A stretch of 64,000 nucleotides of DNA, from the NCBI RefSeq assembly GCF_030684315.1, contig NC_081356.1:132978933-133042932 (forward strand), given 5' to 3'. Below, in pieces: positions 1 through 13,701 of the stretch. The DNA is from Stegostoma tigrinum. Lineage: Eukaryota. Position 1 is the first letter of the stretch; each line of letters starts with the position of its first letter. A program made the translations under genes and the position numbers. The notes beneath the pieces were generated by a model that searched no databases, was not told where the DNA came from, and worked only from the letters and a program-made list of their open reading frames with translations.

Positions 1-195
1 TGTTCTTCATAATAAATTGTTAATTTTTGCAAAAATTATAAACTAGGTGTTCAAGATCTGTTATTTGCCATTTCTCATTGGGAACAATTCAGCAATTTTA
101 AAGACTGTTGACAATTTTTTTTTCACTGTTGTGACTCCAGTGATAGTGAGGTGGATTTGGCTTGGCTTGATATCTCTTTGTTATAACATTCCATT

Positions 196-500
196 TGGGG
201 GAAGCACAATGGTTCAGTTGTTATCACTGCTGCCTTACAGGTTCAATTCCACCAACGGGCTACTGTCTGTCTGGAGTTTGCACATTTTCCCCGTGTCTAC
301 ATGGGTTTCCTCCGGGTGATCCAGTTTCCTCCCACAGTCCAAAGGTGTGCAGACGAGGTAGATTGGGCATGCTAAATTGCCTGTAATGTTCATGGATGTG
401 TAGATTAAGAGGGTTATAGCGGCATGGACCTGGGGGGAGGATCCTCTGAAGTTTGGTGTTAACTTGTTGGGCCAAAATGCCTGTTTCCACACTGTAGAGA
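196..500 (+). mobile_element. HE1-like tRNA-derived V-SINE
   Basis: Degenerate A/B boxes (GGTTCAATTCC), core GGAGTTTGCACATT..CCCCGTGTCT..TGGGTTTCCTCCGGGTG..CCAGTTTCCTCCCACAGTCCAAAG, CR1-like 3' tail. Confidence 0.85.
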
Positions 501-1171
501 GTGTTTCCTCTCTGAAAAGGATTCAGGTTGGGCTCATCATATTATTATCTGTTGATTACTATCAAAGTCATTGATTTTGGATGGCTCCTTGGACAATAAC
601 CATTTCTCTCTCCAGAATTGTCTGGTTGAATGACTGGTGACACATGATCCTCGAAGTTTCGAGCTGTTCACGGCAGGTCTGTGTGTTCCTTTGTTTGAGT
701 GAAGGGAAACTGTCCAGTTATGCATCCCAAATGACTCCTAGTAGCTGGGCTGTTGAGGGGAATCTTAGGATTAGGCTCATGCTCTGGGGAGATGGGTTCA
801 TTTCCCACCAGGACATCGTGTGGATTTATGAATGAATAAATCCGGAATTGAAGCCTTGTCTTCACGCCTGAATTATTATCAATTGTTGCTTAAAGAAAAA
901 GAAACCTCATTCACTATGTCTTTCAGGGAAGAAAATCTGCCATCTTTCCCTCTTTGGCCCCACAGGTGATTTCAGATGCCCATTTCAAACTTCAATGTGT
1001 CTTTTTAGGACAGATTGAATGCAATGTGCCTGACTCTGACCTACCCTCTGAAGTGACCCAGCATTCCTCTCTGTTCAAGGAAAATAAGGGATGGGTAAGA
1101 AATGCTGACATTGCCAGGGAGACCTACATGCCTTGAAGGGATTTGAAAAACCTGCCTCATCTGTTCTCACT

Positions 1172-1331
1172 AGATAATAAAATGTGAGGCTGGATGAACA
1201 GAGGCTCTCTGATGAAGGGTCTAGGCCCGAAACATCAGTTTTTGTGCTCCTGAGATGCTGCTGGGCCTGCTGTGTTCATCCAGCCTCACATTTTATTATC
1301 TTGGATTCTCCAGCATCTGCAGTTCCCATTA
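1172..1331 (+). mobile_element. Short PLE family-1 tail insertion with HHR motif and inverted 5' segment
   Basis: 15-bp TSD TCATCTGTTCTCACT (1157-1171/1332-1346); first 29 nt are the reverse complement of its own internal sequence; empty site at ~42183. Confidence 0.9.
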
Positions 1332-3202
1332 TCATCTGTTCTCACTCTCTGCTCAGTCCCTTCACCCTCAAGTATTTGGCACTGCCTCACCTCTCTCTCT
1401 CTACCCTTGTTTCCCTTTGACTCTCCCATAGCGTCCAATTCCCCACATGTTCCAATCTCATCTATCCTGAATGTTTCTAACAGCCTAAACGGTTCTACCC
1501 AGAATGAAACATATGAACATAAGTGAATGTAGACCCTCAAGTCTGCTCCAACATTCAGGATGATCATTTTTGAATGACATTAATTTGTCAACCTGAGGTC
1601 ATCTTGCAGGGCACTTTATAATGCATCAAATTAGTAAAGAGAAATGATTCAGAGGCTCAGAGTTCAATAATTTGCTCAATTCTCTGACAGGTACAGATCA
1701 TTGTTAACTCTTTTGTATCACACAAGCCTCTTGTGGAGTGTCTGTCCAGTTTGGCAGCAGAATAGTCAATACCTGCTTCCTGTTTGGTAGCATCATACAT
1801 GACAGGAGGAGACCATTCAGCCCACTGCCCTTATGCTGCCCCTGTGAAAACGTGATCTAAATTAGTCACACTCCCATGTTTTTTCCCCAGAGTCCTTCGC
1901 ATCGACTCTGCCATGTGACCTCATTCTTTTGTCAATCACCTTTATCTGCATCCATTTAATAACAGTCATGCCAGCTCAGCCAATTCTCATCTGAAACAAA
2001 AGCAGACATTGCTGGCAAAGCTCAGCAGATCTGGCAGCACCTGTGTGGAAAAAAATGTTTCAGGTCTGGTGATCCTTGAAACTGCTCTGCTCTCAGAAAA
2101 ACAACATCAGTTCGTCCAAAGAACTAACGTCTCCTCTGGAAACATTCAAATTAATCTATTTTGCGCATAAACACCTTCCTTAAAGTACAGTGCACAGATT
2201 GGTCATATTTCTCCAAAGGTTCAAACTGATATTTGAGAAATTTTCATCCTTGCTTTTCTACTCTATGCCTGAGTCCATAGAACCAAACATTCCTTTTTGT
2301 GTGTTTAATCCATTTCAACTGTCCCTCTGAGCTTCAAAAACATGCCAATGTGTAATGGGAATTCTCCACCAAAGTAACCATTTGAGGAGAAAACATGGAG
2401 TGTTTTTAGGAAGGAGTTAGAAATAGTTCTTAGGGTTAAATGGATCACAGGGTCTGGAGCAAAAGTTGGAACAAAATGCTGAATGCGATGATCAGCCATG
2501 ATTGCATTGAAAGACAGAGCAGCCTGAAAGGGGCGAATTGCCGACACTTGTTCCTAATTTCCATGTTTCTGTTTATCATTTTGGGCACCTCCTTGAGCCA
2601 CACCTCCTCAATTGTGTTCATTGTTTTAAATTCCACTTATGAATATTGGTGCTATCCTGCCAGTGATGTCATCCCAGGACGTGAGTTTGAACCTGGGCAT
2701 AATTATTCAACTGAGAATACAGAAAAATTATGTTATTTGCACTCAAGAATCAATGCAGTCTCAAAACAGCATGAATCAATTTAGGACTGTCTGAAGATGA
2801 AAATCTGACATATTTGCTCTCTTTATTAGACTGTTTTCACGTCAACACGTCCTGTCAGAACAAGACAACCTGGAACAAAACTTACATGGCAATCAGGTGC
2901 CTGCCTGCATAATGTTTTTGGAGCTAGTGTTCATAAGATATCTTCAGAGATATGCCTTTTCTGTGACTGATGAATTTGTCTGCTATACTCAAACTGAAGC
3001 CAAAAATGTGAGAGTAACTTCAACCTCTTTCAGCATTACTTGTGGGTTTTTCATCATCACCTACACATCTGCATTCATAGCGGTGAGAAAAGTGATTATA
3101 CCTGCTTAGCAGCATGAGTGAAAAATCTGGCAGTACTTTTACACAGTAAAGGAGATTTGGAGGGAAAAGAAAATTTATTAATATATGAAAGGTATGTATT
3201 AG

Positions 3203-3301
3203 GGAGGCACAGGAACTCAATGGTCAGCACTGTTGTCGCATAGCTCTGGGGACATCAGTTTGTTTCCAGCCACAGATGATTGTGTTGAGTTTGTACATGT
3301 G

Positions 3302-3381
<80 letters not shown>

Positions 3382-3560
3382 GTATGTGTCCCCTCCAGTT
3401 GTTCTGGTTGCTTCCCTCAGCCCAAAGATCTGCAGGTCTGGTGGATTAGTCATGGTTTCAGGGATAGGGTAGAGTGTGAGTCTGGGGCTGATGTACTTTA
3501 GAGGGGTGGTTTGGACTCAATGGCCAAATAGCCTGCTTCTACATTGTAGGGAGTTGACAA
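3203..3560 (+). mobile_element. Degenerate HE1-like SINE containing a (TG)n expansion
   Basis: Same core as 196-500, interrupted by the microsatellite. Confidence 0.7.
3303..3384. repeat. (TG)n microsatellite
   Basis: Direct observation. Confidence 0.98.
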
Positions 3561-3915
3561 TTTTCAGTGTAGCTTTACTCCAACCCCATGCTGTCCTTGT
3601 AATGGGAGTGTTTGATGGGGACAGTGGAAAGAAAGCTTTACTTTGTATCTAACCTATCCTGCCTCAGTTCTCAGAGTCTTTGGTGTTGATTCTGAGAGCT
3701 TTGAGGATCATATTGAAATGTTGCTGAGGTTGGTTCTTCAGTTTCACAACAGTTATGTCATTCTTTCAGCTGCTACTAACCATACATAGACTTCCCATTT
3801 GTGGTTCTGTTTAACATTTCTTCGGTAGTACTCAAGAAGTCAGGTAGCTTCTGCATTTTTCTCTTAAAGGATGAGAGTAAGCAAGTGAGACGGGTGAATC
3901 ACTGAAGCATTGACA

Positions 3916-3976
3916 ATGAGGTCTCTCTATGTCTGCCTTTCTGCAGTCCTCCTGTCGGTGTCGGTGCGGTGTCACA
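3916..3976 (+). CDS. Signal-peptide exon of a Siglec-15-like multi-V Ig receptor (MRSLYVCLSAVLLSVSVRCH+A)
   Basis: ATG at 3916 in ACAATGA context, 20 codons with a hydrophobic core, ends phase 1 at a canonical GTAAGT donor (3977); frame-compatible with the V exon at 10186. Confidence 0.8.
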
Positions 3977-4869
3977 GTAAGTACTTTCTAATACCTATCT
4001 TTCATATCTATTTTGTTATTTGATGCCTCCCCCTTGATGATCCACCTGTTATCTGGCATTTAGCGCCCAAACTTGTTGCTGTTTAGCATGATGTGCCTTC
4101 TCCTTCACCGTGGTCTCTTCATCAGAGAGAAATCATTTGCTTTACAAAAAACTGAAGTTACGGTAACATTGTGTACCTGAAGGTGACATAGCATTCCCAT
4201 TAGTTCTCCAACTGGGGCAGGAACCATAGAAACTCATATGATGTCCCGGAGAGTGAGGGGAGATGCAGAATACTGCAGACACAACCAAGCTTTAGAGAGA
4301 TGCTGGGGCAAAGCTGACTGAGAACAATGATGAGAATAAAGGGATTTGCCTTAATATCTTACGAAGAAAACTGCAAATGCAGAAAACCGAAAGCCAAATT
4401 TTGCTACTTGATGTAAACAATTCCTGCTGTTGACTGACCATTCAGATTTATTGAAGGACGTGAAGTGGCAACATTGAAGACACAAACTGAACGCAGCAAA
4501 ACAAGTTACATCTTATCTATTTCATCTTCAATACTCTTTTATCAACATGATGACTATTAATTAGTCAGTCAACAAATTCCTTCAAATTCTCTTTATAGGT
4601 TCATGGACTCTTTGACATATACAACTGGAAGGAGACCATTTGGGTCATCATGCCTAAGTCAGTCAACAAAGCTCTGATAATACTTCTCCCTTATTGTAGC
4701 TCTTGGTCCATATGCCTTTTTACCAACTTATTGAGCGCTTTAAGTCAATTGTTGGTGTAGGTTTGGGGGTGGGAGGTAGTGTTCAATTGGAAGGAAGTTT
4801 AAAAAATCAAAAAGAAATGAGAGACCAGAAGTGCAGGCTATTGAAGAAGAAAATGGGAACTTAAATGAA

Positions 4870-7056
4870 TGCCTAAATACTGCTTAAATATTACTTGCAT
4901 TTCTACTGAAGCATCCTTTCAGGCAGTGAGTGCCAGACTCCCATCAGCCTCTTTTGAAAAAAGTATCTCCTCAACTCTCCTCTTATTCTCTATCTCCGAA
5001 CTTAAATCTGTTTTCCCTGGTTCCTTAATTAATTTTAAAGGCCCTCTTACTTCATGTTTGAATAGCAATTTAAATGAAGCTAACTGAGTTGATTCATTTG
5101 GGGCATCTCGAATAGCAAAAAACAAATAAATGGGATATCATTACCCCAATCGTTTAGCTAATTCTGGAAATAATTGTATACTTGGAATAGACACTCTTTC
5201 AATCACTCCCACTTTCACTTCCCCAGTTTTCACTGGTCTTTCCAACCTGATCTCACAGGGAACGCTAAATCTCTCTCCATTTATTCCACAGAATACCACT
5301 CTTTCAAATAACATTTCAGGAGTGCAAATATTTTCATCTATTACTATTAGAAACTGGCTAGTTCCAGTATCTCTCAATATTTTAATTTCTTTACCTACTC
5401 CCTCCGTTCTTTCTGAGTAAAACTTACCCTCAGAGGCGAAGTCTTTGTCGGATTGGACACCATCTCACTGTCAATCCTGTGACTGGGTTCTTGCACTTTC
5501 CTGCAGCTCCTCAAATTCTTTTCAGATTTCCTTCACTGCCTCAACTATTCCCACTGGCCTAGCCTCTTTTACCACAAGGCTTTCCCCAGTGCCTTTCTTA
5601 AACCACTGGCACTGTGACTTTATTTGACCCAGTCCATTACAGTGAAAACACCTGACACTTTTCACCTCCTTTTTACTCTCTTGGGTTTCTTTTATCATGT
5701 GTGGCAAACTGCTCACAGTGTGCTCCTGAGATGCTGCTTGGCCTGCTGTGTTCATCCAGCCTCACATTTTATTATCTTGCTCACAGTGTAATCTACTTTT
5801 TGTTTTTTAATGAAAGGTATCCTTTGTTCCCAATTTCTATCCCTCATGGAATAAAATTGTTGTCGGAAGCTAAATTTCAATTTATGCGCTAATGTGCATT
5901 CATTTGCCATCTCTGCTCACTGTTGGAAATTTTTGTTCGTCAGTATGATTTCTTATCATTGCTTAAAATGAGTTTAGAACTCCTCCGGCAGAATAATCCC
6001 TCTAAGGTCCTCGTATGTCTTTACTTTCTTTAATGATCTCATCCATCTATCAAAATTGTTACGTTTAATTCTTTCAAACTTGACGTAAGTGTGACCTGGT
6101 TCCTTTCTTATATTTCTGAACTGTTGTTTACATACTTCTGGTACCAATTTTTAGGCACTCAAAGTAGGCTGTTTCACTCCTTCAAAGTCTACTGACACAC
6201 CTCCCCTGACAGCACTGCAAACATCCCAATAGCCCTGCCTACCAACTTAACATTCCCCACACAGTCTCTGGCCAATTCATCTGCCCAGCCAATTTCTCAA
6301 AGGAAATAAAATAAGGATTCCACATCATTTTGATTAAATTTTGGTAATGTATGGACATATTTGTATATACCTCTAACACCTTGTTGGCTTCGATGAGTTT
6401 GCTCATCCTCACTTCTGTCTTGTACTTTTCCTTCCATCATTTGAAGTCTTTTTGCTTCAAGTCCCAAATTCATCTTTTCCAAAGCAAACATTTTTTCCCT
6501 TTCTTATTTCTCTTTTTCCCATTTTCTCTTCCTCTTTCTTTACCCCTCTCTTCTCTCTCTCTTTCCTTCTGTTCTTCCTCTACTTGTAACCATAATTTAA
6601 ACTGTTTCAATTCCCTTTCATTCTCTAACTCCAGGTTTCTTGTTTTAAATTTCATTTTTTTCCAGCTCCCCTGCACTTTCCTGCTTCTCTGGTATACTTA
6701 AATGCTTGACTAGCTCCTTTATAATTTCAGCTTTCCTATTGTCCCTAGTTAAACCCAAATCTAGACTGTTTGCTAATTCTAAAAGTATATCATTCTTCTG
6801 TTTTTCTTCATATTCTTGCCAAATTTGGGAAGCATCTTTAAATCCCAAGACCACTTTAGCAATGTTCGTGCCATTTCCCTCACTTTTGCTTTAACCAACC
6901 ACTAGTAACTGAAATTAAACAGACTCTTCTCACCTAAGTTTTATTTAAAGATCAAGGACATTACTCCCTAAGTCAATTTAAATCTGTCCAAATTCAATCA
7001 GATCAATTCAGATCCCATACTCGAATCAGCTAGATCGCAGACTTAAGCCCCCAAAC
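4870..7056 (-). mobile_element. Decayed Gypsy (Gmr1-like) LTR retrotransposon internal region: gag with CCHC knuckle + protease
   Basis: Minus-strand fragments VRCFHCNGLGQIKSQC (degenerate zinc knuckle), LRDTGTSQ (aspartic protease motif), coiled-coil and LPKF..DVE..F gag; PBS-like TGGGGGCT next to the LTR; frameshifts. Confidence 0.8.
5722..5777 (+). mobile_element. Minimal PLE family-1 tail inserted in the Gypsy gag
   Basis: TSD TGCTCACAGTGT (5710-5721/5778-5789); sequence matches the other PLE-1 tails. Confidence 0.85.
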
Positions 7057-7803
7057 TGTTACAGAGGAGGGGAGATTAAATGAAAGCAACTGTCTGATAT
7101 TCTTTAACTATCAAGTAACAATTTATTTATTTAACCTTAACACTGAACAAATTAACACAATTACTAACAACCTGAAAAATGCCCCCTTTACTATGAACTC
7201 TTCTCTAGCTGACCTAAATTCTCCTGGTATACTGTTCCAATAAACACAAGTCCCATTAATATAAACCTAAATAATAAGAAAATAAATTAAAATACAGTCT
7301 TTCCAGGCCTACACACCTTTCTTCTGGTATTCTCAAATCATAAATGCCTTTCTCCCACTGATCCGCCTATCAAGGGTGTTTTCAGGTGGCAGTTCACTCA
7401 CACAAATTTTCAAAAGCCCTCTCCTCATATACCTTGGATGATGTGTCGACTTATTTACAGCTGCAATGGTCTGACGTTGTTGAAACCATTAGATTTAAAT
7501 TCAATTGGTTTTCAATTGCTAAGTGCTTGGTTTAAATTAATTGGCTGATTCCAGCTCATTGCAAAAACATCAAAACAATCCTAAGGTTTACAACCACACA
7601 GCCAACTGATAAATTTCAATTTCAGAACTGTCTGTATGTGTTCAGATGCTTACAAACATATTTTTATTGAAATCTCCAAGCATAGAAAAGCACTTCCCTG
7701 ATTCAAGGAACCACACACTCTTCTCCTTTATCATTCTTTTCACAAAAAATAATTCTAGCTTCCTACTTTTCAATTCACGTTGACCCGACACAACTTTGTA
7801 ACA
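7057..7803 (-). mobile_element. 5' LTR of the Gypsy relic
   Basis: Termini TGTTACA...TGTAACA (7-bp inverted repeat) abutting the PBS-like sequence. Confidence 0.7.
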
Positions 7804-9450
7804 TAAAGCATGGAAACAGCTTTCGGTCCAACTCATCCAAGCTGGCCAAGTTTCCCAAATGGGCCTGTTCTCACTTACCTGAATTTGGCCCATATCCCTT
7901 TAAACCTTTCCTACTGATGTACCTATCCAAATGTCTTTTAAATCTTGCACTTAGCACTTCCTCAGGCAGTTCATTCCATGTACAAACTACCCTCAGATCT
8001 CTTTTAAGTCTTTTCCCTCTTGCTGTACATATGCTCCCCAGTTTGGAACTACACCACCCAAGGGAAACTATCTTTGCTATTCACTTTATCTATTCCCCTC
8101 ATGAGCTTATTAACCATGGGAATGACCACCTTGATGGGGTTGTATGGTAGGCCCCCCAAGAGTCAGAGGGAAATTGAGGAGCAAATATATAGAGAGATCT
8201 CAGATAAGAATTATAGGGTTCTAATAGCAGGGGATTTTAACTTCCTTAACATAGACTTGGGGACTGCCATAGTGTTAAGGTTTTGGATTATAAAGAAGTT
8301 GTTAAACATGTTCACGAAAATGTACTTTTCAAAATACAAATTTACATATTACAGAAGGAGCAAAACTTGACTTTCTCTTGAGAAATAAGACAGGGTAAGT
8401 GACCAAAGTGTGAGTGGAAGAGCACTTTGGAACCAGTGATGATAATGCTGTTATTTTTTAAATAGTTATAGAAAAGGATAGGCCTTATATACAAGTTAAA
8501 ATTCTTAATTAGAGCAAAGCAAATTTTGATGAGACAGGAACTTTCAAAAGTATTCACAGGCAAAGGGATAACTGGCAAGTGGAAGCTTTTCAAAAGTGAG
8601 ATAACAAGAGTTCAAAGAGACTATGTTCCAGTTAGAGTGAAGGGTAAGTCTGGTGAGAGTAGGAAACAATAGATGAATAAGAATATTGAAGCACTGATCA
8701 AGAATAAGAAGAAGTCATTAATGATGTATGGACAATTAGGATCAAATAAATTTCTTAAAGAGTATAAGGGGTGTAGCAGCATTCTCAAGAGGGAAAGCAG
8801 GAGGGCAGGAAGGGGATATGTGATAGCCTTTGCTGATAAGGTTATGGATAACCCAAAGAGATTCTACAAGATCATGAAGAGCCAGAAAGCAAATATTGAG
8901 GGAATAGGGCCTGTTCACAATCAACAAGGTCATCTTGAGGACATAACCAAAAAGACCAATGAACGCAGAGTGGTAGATGTTGTTTGCATAGACTGCAGTA
9001 AAGCCCTTGTCAAGGTTCCACACGGTAGATGAATTAGTAAAGTTAGATCACATGGGATTCAGGGGGAGAATGCCAATTGGATACAAAATTGACTTGATGG
9101 TAGGAAGCAGAGGGTGGTAGGGAGGGTTTTGTTTTTGCATTGCACCATGTGCCTTCATTTGAGGAACATTGTAAGATTTCATTCACCTTATTACAGCAAT
9201 TGACTCCTTGAACAATGTTGTAACAGCACCTCCTCTTTTACATTCCCCCTCGCCCTACATATCTTATCTGAAGGTTCTATACCCCAGAACATTATGCTGC
9301 CGATCCTGCCCCACCCTCAACCATGTCTCTGTGATAACAGCAACATCACATCTGCACACATTAAATAACACTCTTAGCTCCTCTGTCTTACTCACAAGTG
9401 AATGACATCCAGCCATGCCACACTCCCTTATGCCCTCACTTGACAATATC
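7804..9450. mobile_element. Old fragmented CR1/HER1 LINE pieces in both orientations
   Basis: EN/RT fragments (AGDFNF, NPKRFY, VDVVCIDCSKALVKVPHGR, DVAVITETWL) with stops. Confidence 0.75.
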
Positions 9451-9489
9451 CACGCTGCATTCTGGACTTACTTGGAATGCCTTCTCAAA

Positions 9490-9705
9490 GCCAGTTACCT
9501 CAATTAGCTGAACTCTTGGTTTGTGATGTAGAGTGATGTCAACAATGCAGGCTTAATTCCCTTGCTGTCTGAAGTTACCATCAAGGTCCCACCTTCTCAA
9601 CTTTGACCCTTGTCTGAGGCATAGTGACCCTCAGGTTAAATCACCACCAGTCATCTCTCCCTAATGAGACATCTGTTCTCTAGGACGTGACAAGTTTACT
9701 TTTTT
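9490..9705 (+). mobile_element. Unnamed SINE-like repeat (second copy ~15270-15490)
   Basis: Shared core TGACCCTCAGGTTAAATCACCACCAGT with 15405-15430. Confidence 0.6.
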
Positions 9706-10185
9706 ACATCAGTTCTCCTTCCTTATTTCTCTCTGTATCCCCCTAACTGCTGTACCTCCCAGGCATATCCCATCCCATTCCTGTGACTGATGAATGAGCC
9801 AGTCTGCTGAAGGCTGGCTTGGTAATACAACTGAAAGAGATGAGAAATAGAAAAGATGCCGCAGGGAGGGCGCTGAGTTCTGATTTTCAGATAACTCTGG
9901 GTGCCCTAGATTAATGGAGAGTTCAAAAAACTCTCAGGCACCAAAAACTTTCTTCAATCTGCTGCAAGAAATACCCACAGTCAAACCTCAGATATTTACA
10001 TACCACCTGATGCCCTCTGTTGTACTCCAGTGTGTAGCTCATTCCACACTCTCTCAGATCTGTTCAGAAACCACAATTATATGATGTCATATTTTTCTCA
10101 CAATATACTAGATTCAGTGTTTTACTCACGTTTGGTGCCTGTACTGTGTTCATGTCCTCTCTCTCTCTCTCTTTCCACCTCACAG

Positions 10186-10569
10186 CGGATTCTGCGAATG
10201 GTTGGTCAATGACAGTTGCGAATGATGTGAGGGCTGACGAAGGAAGAACCGCTGTCTTACCCTGCAATTTCACGCACCCAGACACAAATCTCACACTCAC
10301 TGGTTTCGTGATATGGAAAAAGGCACAAACAAATGTTATCTTTAACTGTACATATTTTGGCCCAGGCCATTCTCAGGGTGAGCAGTGTGAGAATATGATA
10401 AAGCACGATGGTGGAATGAGAGTCAGATTTGTGGGGAACATCAGCAACAATGATGTCTCAATAATGCTGGAGGGGCTGAGCCAGAAGGATGTTGGTCTCT
10501 ACTGGTGTCACGTGGAACTCAATATCGGCAGTTTCCACACAACATCTGGAACATATCTGGAAGTGAACG
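10186..10569 (+). CDS. Ig V-set exon VA1, Siglec-15-like (His at the conserved Arg position)
   Basis: Polypyrimidine tract + CACAG acceptor, GTGAGG donor, 384 nt phase 1/1; WSMTV..EGRTAVLPCNFTHP, IW, extra Cys pair IFNC..EQC, RFVGNISNNDVSI, DVGLYWCHVE. Confidence 0.93.
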
Positions 10570-11299
10570 GTGAGGAACAATGCTCAGATGGTATTGCTGC
10601 ACTATTAGCTCAATGGGGACAGGCTCCACCTGGTCCTGGATCTCTCAGGTTGGCTCCTTGTCCTGGGCATTTTTAGTTGACCTGAGGCAGGATGCAGTGA
10701 GAGTGATGAGGCTGGAATTTATAGTTCATTCCATAACCATGTCTGAAACATCCCCTAATCTCACGCACACTTATTTCCCGCGTACAAATTAACTTCAGTG
10801 CTCTGGGGTAGGGAACAGAGAAATCATCACAGAGAATCCAAGCTCCAAGATCCCCACCAGTGAGAATCCTGCTCTAGCAGCATTCGTTGAGGAAAAGAGA
10901 GACCTGGTATCTCCTGATCCCTCAGTGCATGACCATATATCAAGGTGAAGGAACCTGCAGATTGCATTGGCTGCGAATCTCACTGTTGCCATCTCCCCTC
11001 TCTCTTCGCTGAGGAGAAGATGGGAGCAGCTGCCTTCTGCAAAAAAATTAATCTACTTGTGAATGGTTTCAATCCTAGCAGTTTGTGGCATTTGAATTTT
11101 TAAAAAATCCAGGACTGAAAGCTAGTTGCATACTGACCATGTAACCATCACCGTAAAAGAAAAAAAAAATCTGGATCACTCATGTTCTTAAGGGACGTAA
11201 GCCTGCGATCCTTACCTGGCCAGATCTGCATGTGATTCCATACCCAGAGTAATGTGGTTGATCCTTAACTGCCCTCTGAATGGTTCACTCAGTTCTGGT

Positions 11300-12960
11300 C
11301 AAGGAAGGAACCTCAGAGTTCAAATGCAACTGTGGCTACAAGAGCAGGTTACAGGCTAGGAATCCTGTAAATTAACATATCTCTTGATGCCAAAGCCTAA
11401 TGAACAGACAGGAGTGCAATGGAATACTCCCTACTTGCCTGGAAGAATGCAGGAAAATCTATTGCTGGTCTGTCACTGTCAATAGGTCAAAACTCCCACC
11501 TAATACCTTTGTGGGTATAATAATAGCTACAAAATACACTGCAGTAAGTCACCAACACTTCCTCCACCAGCACCTTCCAAATTAGTGACATCTATGACAT
11601 GGTGAAAAACAGCAGCAGATACACACCATCCTGACTTGGAATTATATTTATCTTTTAATTATTTAAAGGGATGTGGGTGTCACATGCTAAATCAGCCTTT
11701 ATTGGACATCTCCAATTGCCCTAGAGAAAGGAATGATGAACTGCCCTCTTGAACTGCTGCATTCCCTCAGGTGCAAGGACACTCATGATGCAGCTGGCAA
11801 AGGAGCTCTAGACCTTTGTCCCACTGACACTGAAAGAATGGTGAAATATTTCCAAATCAGGATGGTGAGTGTCTTGAAGGGGAGCTTCTCCTGCTTCCCA
11901 TATGCATCAATGAACACCCATCCACAGTTCTGACCTTGTAGTGAAGGGAAGGTCATTGATGAAGCAGCTGAAAATAGTCGGGCCTTGAATACTACACTGA
12001 GGGACTCCTGCAGAGATGTCCCGGAGCTGAGATGAGTGACCTCCAGAAACCACAACCATCTTTCTGTGTGCCAGGTATGACTCAAGCCAACAGAAGATTC
12101 TTTCCTGATTCCCACTGGCTTAGTTTTTGTCAGGTCCTTTGAACCTACACCTGATCAAATGCAGCTTTGATGTTAAGGGCAGTCACTCACACTTTCTAAC
12201 ACTTTATTGATGATTGAGAGTGTACTGATGTGGCAGCAATTGGCTTGCTCAGACTCACATTGCTTTTTGTGCACAGGACATACCTGTGCAATATTCCCCA
12301 TTGTTGGGGTGATGCCAGTGTTGTAACTGAACGAAAACAGCTGGTGCAACAATTGTCTTCCACAATATAACAGGACTGTAGAGCTATTGGATACATTGGT
12401 AATGGAATGGATTTGTTGTGTGCTGTTGCTGCTATTTGACAAGCATATAGTCCTGGAGGTTGTAGTTTCAGCTTGTTGGTATCACATTTTTAGGTATGCC
12501 TGGCATTGCTCACAGCATACTCACATGTACAGTTCATTGATCCCCCAGCCTGGATTGGGGGTTAACCTGAATTGTGAGGTTATAGATTGTGTTCAGTAGG
12601 CTTGCAATGTCATCTTTAAGTTGGAGACTTCATGCTGGGGATTCCCAGGGCAACGTCTTCCCAACTGTATGCCACTGTGCCTCAGTCTCTGCCAGGACTG
12701 TCCTGCCAGCAAGGCAGGACATATCCAGGAATTGTGACCGTAACGCTTGAGACAGTGTGAGTTATGATTCTATGAGTCTGACCACGTGAGGCTGTTGGTT
12801 GACCAGTCTGTGAGTCAGCTCTTCCATGTTTTGAACAGCCTTCCACATGTTAATAAGGAGGATGTTAATGAGGAAGACTTTGCAGGGTTGACACGGCTGC
12901 GTATGCTCTCATGATTTTTGGTGTCTCAGTCAATGTGCAATAGTCTGGTTCCATTCTTAG
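11300..12960. mobile_element. Old non-LTR LINE fragments (CR1/L2 group), mostly minus strand; related pieces at ~22170-23270
   Basis: Degenerate RT motif AQVCPVHKKQ...ISTLSIINKVLE; 3' tail resembles the SacSINE1-like SINE tail. Confidence 0.55.
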
Positions 12961-13701
12961 TATATTGTCATTCATTCAGTATTGCTGGGTCAAACTCCTG
13001 GAGCTCCATTCCTAAAATTACTGTGGTTGGCCCTTATACCTCAGGGGTTTAGTAATTCAAAAAGGCAGCATCTCCTCAGCAATCAGGATGAATAACAAAT
13101 GCACATAATCTGAGCCAGCAACAGCCTTGACCTCATTTAAAAAATTACAGGAGAAATTACTTAAACATGGAGATTCTGGGAAAACTTGACGAGGCAGATT
13201 CTGAGAGGATATTTGCTCTTGTGAGCAAAAATGAACTGGCTTGAAAGTAAGGGGTTTCCTGTTTCAAGGTCACAGGTTAGAACTAGATAATTGTAACATT
13301 AGGAATGACGCAAGGTGGTTCTCCTTCACACAGAGTAGACTGAATAATTTGAGTGAGGTTTCTGGAAAGCATGATGGGAGAAAGATGTAAAATTCCTGAA
13401 CTTATTTAAAGAATGTTAACTTTGAGAAATGGATGGAGAATCCTGCATGAATAAATTCCAGAGCATTCAATGGATTTCCTGATCTTTTAAGTATCTTATG
13501 ATCAAGGTTCTCAAATTGAGAGATGGAGAGACAATTTGATCAGGGTGACTCTTGTAGTGGAGTATCTGGGAGACACCCATGAGGAACATGAGGGAGTTTA
13601 TAGTTCCCCGTTTTATTGTGAATTTGAAAGGAATATAAAAAATTGAATCAAGAACTTCTGCTCACTGACCTCATCCATTCTGATGTTTGCCCTTTCCCCA
13701 G

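Larger units (their letters stand above)
1..2330 (+). repeat. Segmental paralog of 41280-43330 (likely 3' flank of an upstream gene copy)
   Basis: Colinear unique-sequence matches, e.g. 40-190 vs 41300-41450, 660-720 vs 41697-41757, 975-1040 vs 41998-42065, 1340-1560 vs 42185-42430, 2170-2320 vs 43010-43225. Confidence 0.85.

Noticed and set aside
3217-3501. Cys/Val- or His/Thr-rich ORFs (also 26240-26659, 63368-63736) and the poly-Met ORF at 33628-33843
   Set aside because: Translations of microsatellites or of the antisense strand of the TM exon
5522-5892. ORFs beginning MNTAGQAASQEH, or containing LLRCCLACCVHP, recurring through the window
   Set aside because: Translations of the non-coding PLE tail, sometimes fused to neighbouring TE frames
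10146-10676. ORF-track extents of the Ig ORFs (also 13683-14084, 25750-26271, 29895-30335) as single-exon genes
   Set aside because: Their ends are intronic polypyrimidine tracts and donor read-through; the true boundaries are the splice sites
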